DNA of 40,970 nt, the filler included, from an uncultured virus (IMG/VR IMGVR_UViG_2049941000_000602) (Duplodnaviria; Heunggongvirae; Uroviricota; Caudoviricetes). It is 3 parts of one record of this genome, joined end to end, with 100 filler letters (N's around TTAATTAATTAA, not from the genome) between each part and the next. Parts side by side here need not be neighbours in the genome. Positions count along the whole stretch, not along the records: positions 18,435 to 40,970 come from IMGVR_UViG_2049941000_000602; 2 more parts are not named here. One strand, 5' to 3'. A program made the translations under genes and the position numbers. Positions 39,599-40,970 of the stretch are shown here, piece after piece; within the stretch, counting starts at the first letter, position 1; each line of letters starts with the position of its first letter. Under the pieces are notes generated by a model that did no database searches, was not told where the DNA came from, and saw only the letters and a list, made by a program, of their open reading frames with translations.

Positions 39599-40294
39599 AT
39601 GGCAAACCAGGAATTCGTATCCTTCCTCACTGCCGACAACGGCCAGTCGGCCAAGAACGAACACTTCTTCCGCAAGGACAAGGTGACCTACTTCGGCGTC
39701 ACCGAGAGGAAGAACAAAGGAAATGACTACCATTATTTCGACGTCCGCATAGCATACGAAACCTCCGACACGTCGTCCGACACCTTCCAGGTCAGCATGC
39801 CCGGCACAGCCGAATTCGAGATGTTCCGCGACCAGATGCTCGACACGCAAGCCGCCAGTGCCGAGGAACTGGACAAAATCCGAAACAGCCTGTCCCACAT
39901 GGATGCGCCGGAGGTACCCAAGGAAAAACCACCATTCGTCACCAGGGACGCCCTGGAAATCACCGAAGGCGCGGAGGAGTTCTTCAAGTGGCTCCACGGT
40001 AAATACTTCAATTCCGAAAAAATCAACTGCTGGTCGTTCAAGGCCGTCCCAGGTACACAGGACGAGGACTTCATCGTATGCCACAAGCCGAACACGGCAA
40101 CTTCTCCCGCCGACGTCCATATCGCGTTCAGGAACCACTACAAGTACGCCAGGGTGTGCGGTATCGTCGTAAACGACCACTATACGCCGGACTTCGTCGG
40201 GTTCAATTTAATCCTCCGCGAGTTTGTCCGGGATATCCTGGTGTCGTACGCGCTCATGAACAAAATCACCTACAGCTACGACGGGAAATGCTAG
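39599..40294 (+). CDS. hypothetical protein
   Basis: 231 aa, AAGGAG RBS. Confidence 0.8.
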   Translation: MANQEFVSFLTADNGQSAKNEHFFRKDKVTYFGVTERKNKGNDYHYFDVRIAYETSDTSSDTFQVSMPGTAEFEMFRDQMLDTQAASAEELDKIRNSLSHMDAPEVPKEKPPFVTRDALEITEGAEEFFKWLHGKYFNSEKINCWSFKAVPGTQDEDFIVCHKPNTATSPADVHIAFRNHYKYARVCGIVVNDHYTPDFVGFNLILREFVRDILVSYALMNKITYSYDGKC

Positions 40295-40330
40295 ATTAAC
40301 TCTACAGTGCCACATGCCTGGTCATTTTCC

Positions 40331-40356
40331 TGCCCTTCGCCAGAAGGGCAATTTTC
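40331..40356 (+). terminator. probable terminator
   Basis: tgcccttc-gcca-gaagggca followed by attttc. Confidence 0.65.
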
Positions 40357-40404
40357 ATTGTATGTCAGTGCATTAGTGGCAAATTCCGCTATACACATCA
40401 CCCG

Positions 40405-40602
40405 CTAAGCTCTTCCCAAGCGGGAACCGTCACCATCGCCGCAGCCCAAGCCACAGCCATCCACGGTGCCGTGACCGGAGTACCTGTCGGTGCCAGAGCC
40501 GGTGCCGTGGCCGGAGCCGACGAAAGACCCAGTTCCGGAGCCGACACCCCACCCCCTGCCGTCGTTGAACTTCATACGGGACTGCAGTACAAATTCTTCC
40601 AT
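40405..40602 (-). CDS. Gly-rich GxG-repeat small protein
   Basis: MEEFVLQSRMKFNDGRGWGVGSGTG... Confidence 0.65.
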   Translation of the reverse strand: MEEFVLQSRMKFNDGRGWGVGSGTGSFVGSGHGTGSGTDRYSGHGTVDGCGLGCGDGDGSRLGRA

Positions 40603-40625
40603 TCTCGTCACTCTATACCCACAAA

Positions 40626-40853
40626 TCAATCACCGGAGCCGACACCCCAACCGGTCTCACATCCTTCGCCTGAGCCACAGCCCATGCCGAGGCCGGAGCC
40701 TTCGCTTCTGCCGGAGCCGGAGCCATCGCCGCTACCGTAGCCCAAGCCGTCACCGAAATCGGCTCCGGAGAAGTCGCCATGACCGAAACCATATCCGGTG
40801 CGTCCGCTTCCGGCATTCGACATGAAATTACTTATAAATTCACCTGTGCTCAT
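40626..40853 (-). CDS. Gly-rich GxG-repeat small protein
   Basis: MSTGEFISNFMSNAGSG...GYGSGDGSGSG. Confidence 0.7.
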   Translation of the reverse strand: MSTGEFISNFMSNAGSGRTGYGFGHGDFSGADFGDGLGYGSGDGSGSGRSEGSGLGMGCGSGEGCETGWGVGSGD

Positions 40854-40969
40854 ACTCGTTCACCCCCGGAATAATCGATATCACCGTACCCTGAACAGAA
40901 TCCGGCGCCGGAACCTCCTGCGCAGCAGTCGTCGCCGTAGCCGGCGCCGGAACCGGCGCCGGAACCGGG
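40850..40969 (-). CDS. Gly-rich GxG-repeat protein, 5' partial
   Basis: PGSGAGSGAGYGDDCCAGGSGAGFCSGYGD...; ATGA overlap with 40853. Confidence 0.65.
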   Translation of the reverse strand, partial: PGSGAGSGAGYGDDCCAGGSGAGFCSGYGDIDYSGGERV

Positions 40970-40970
40970 G

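Noticed and set aside
1..40970. Stop-codon reassignment as in some large gut phages
   Set aside because: TAG, TGA and TAA all end genes cleanly with tight packing under code 11

Overview
Gene-dense, moderately GC-rich accessory region of what is most likely a large, possibly T4-like, phage from a metagenome. It has about 70 short, mostly hypothetical CDSs with ATGA-type overlaps, and no capsid, terminase, tRNA, rRNA or CRISPR was seen. The assembly is fragmented: many N gaps, two TTAATTAATTAA linkers, near-duplicate strain bubbles at gaps, and several genes split and out of order. Recognisable products are an HNH endonuclease fusion, an OFA-like MFS transporter, an M14 aspartoacylase-like enzyme, a DUF5662-like HD protein, a radical SAM protein and a PE-linker/surface-repeat protein. 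Main observations: (1) about 12 dispersed small proteins share an N-terminal A-x-Y-h-A-I-h-L-x-F-x-R-[KR] module on variable bodies; (2) a candidate ArfA/BrfA-like ribosome rescue factor has a hairpin inside its 3' coding region; (3) a recurrent CTATATTTG promoter lies 4-5 nt before ATG at nine sites, implying leaderless mRNAs; (4) a second ATAAAC motif precedes proteins with a shared 'EA...FEA' N-terminus; (5) two ungapped junctions show genes added between duplicated gene tails. All calls were made by eye and no searches were run.
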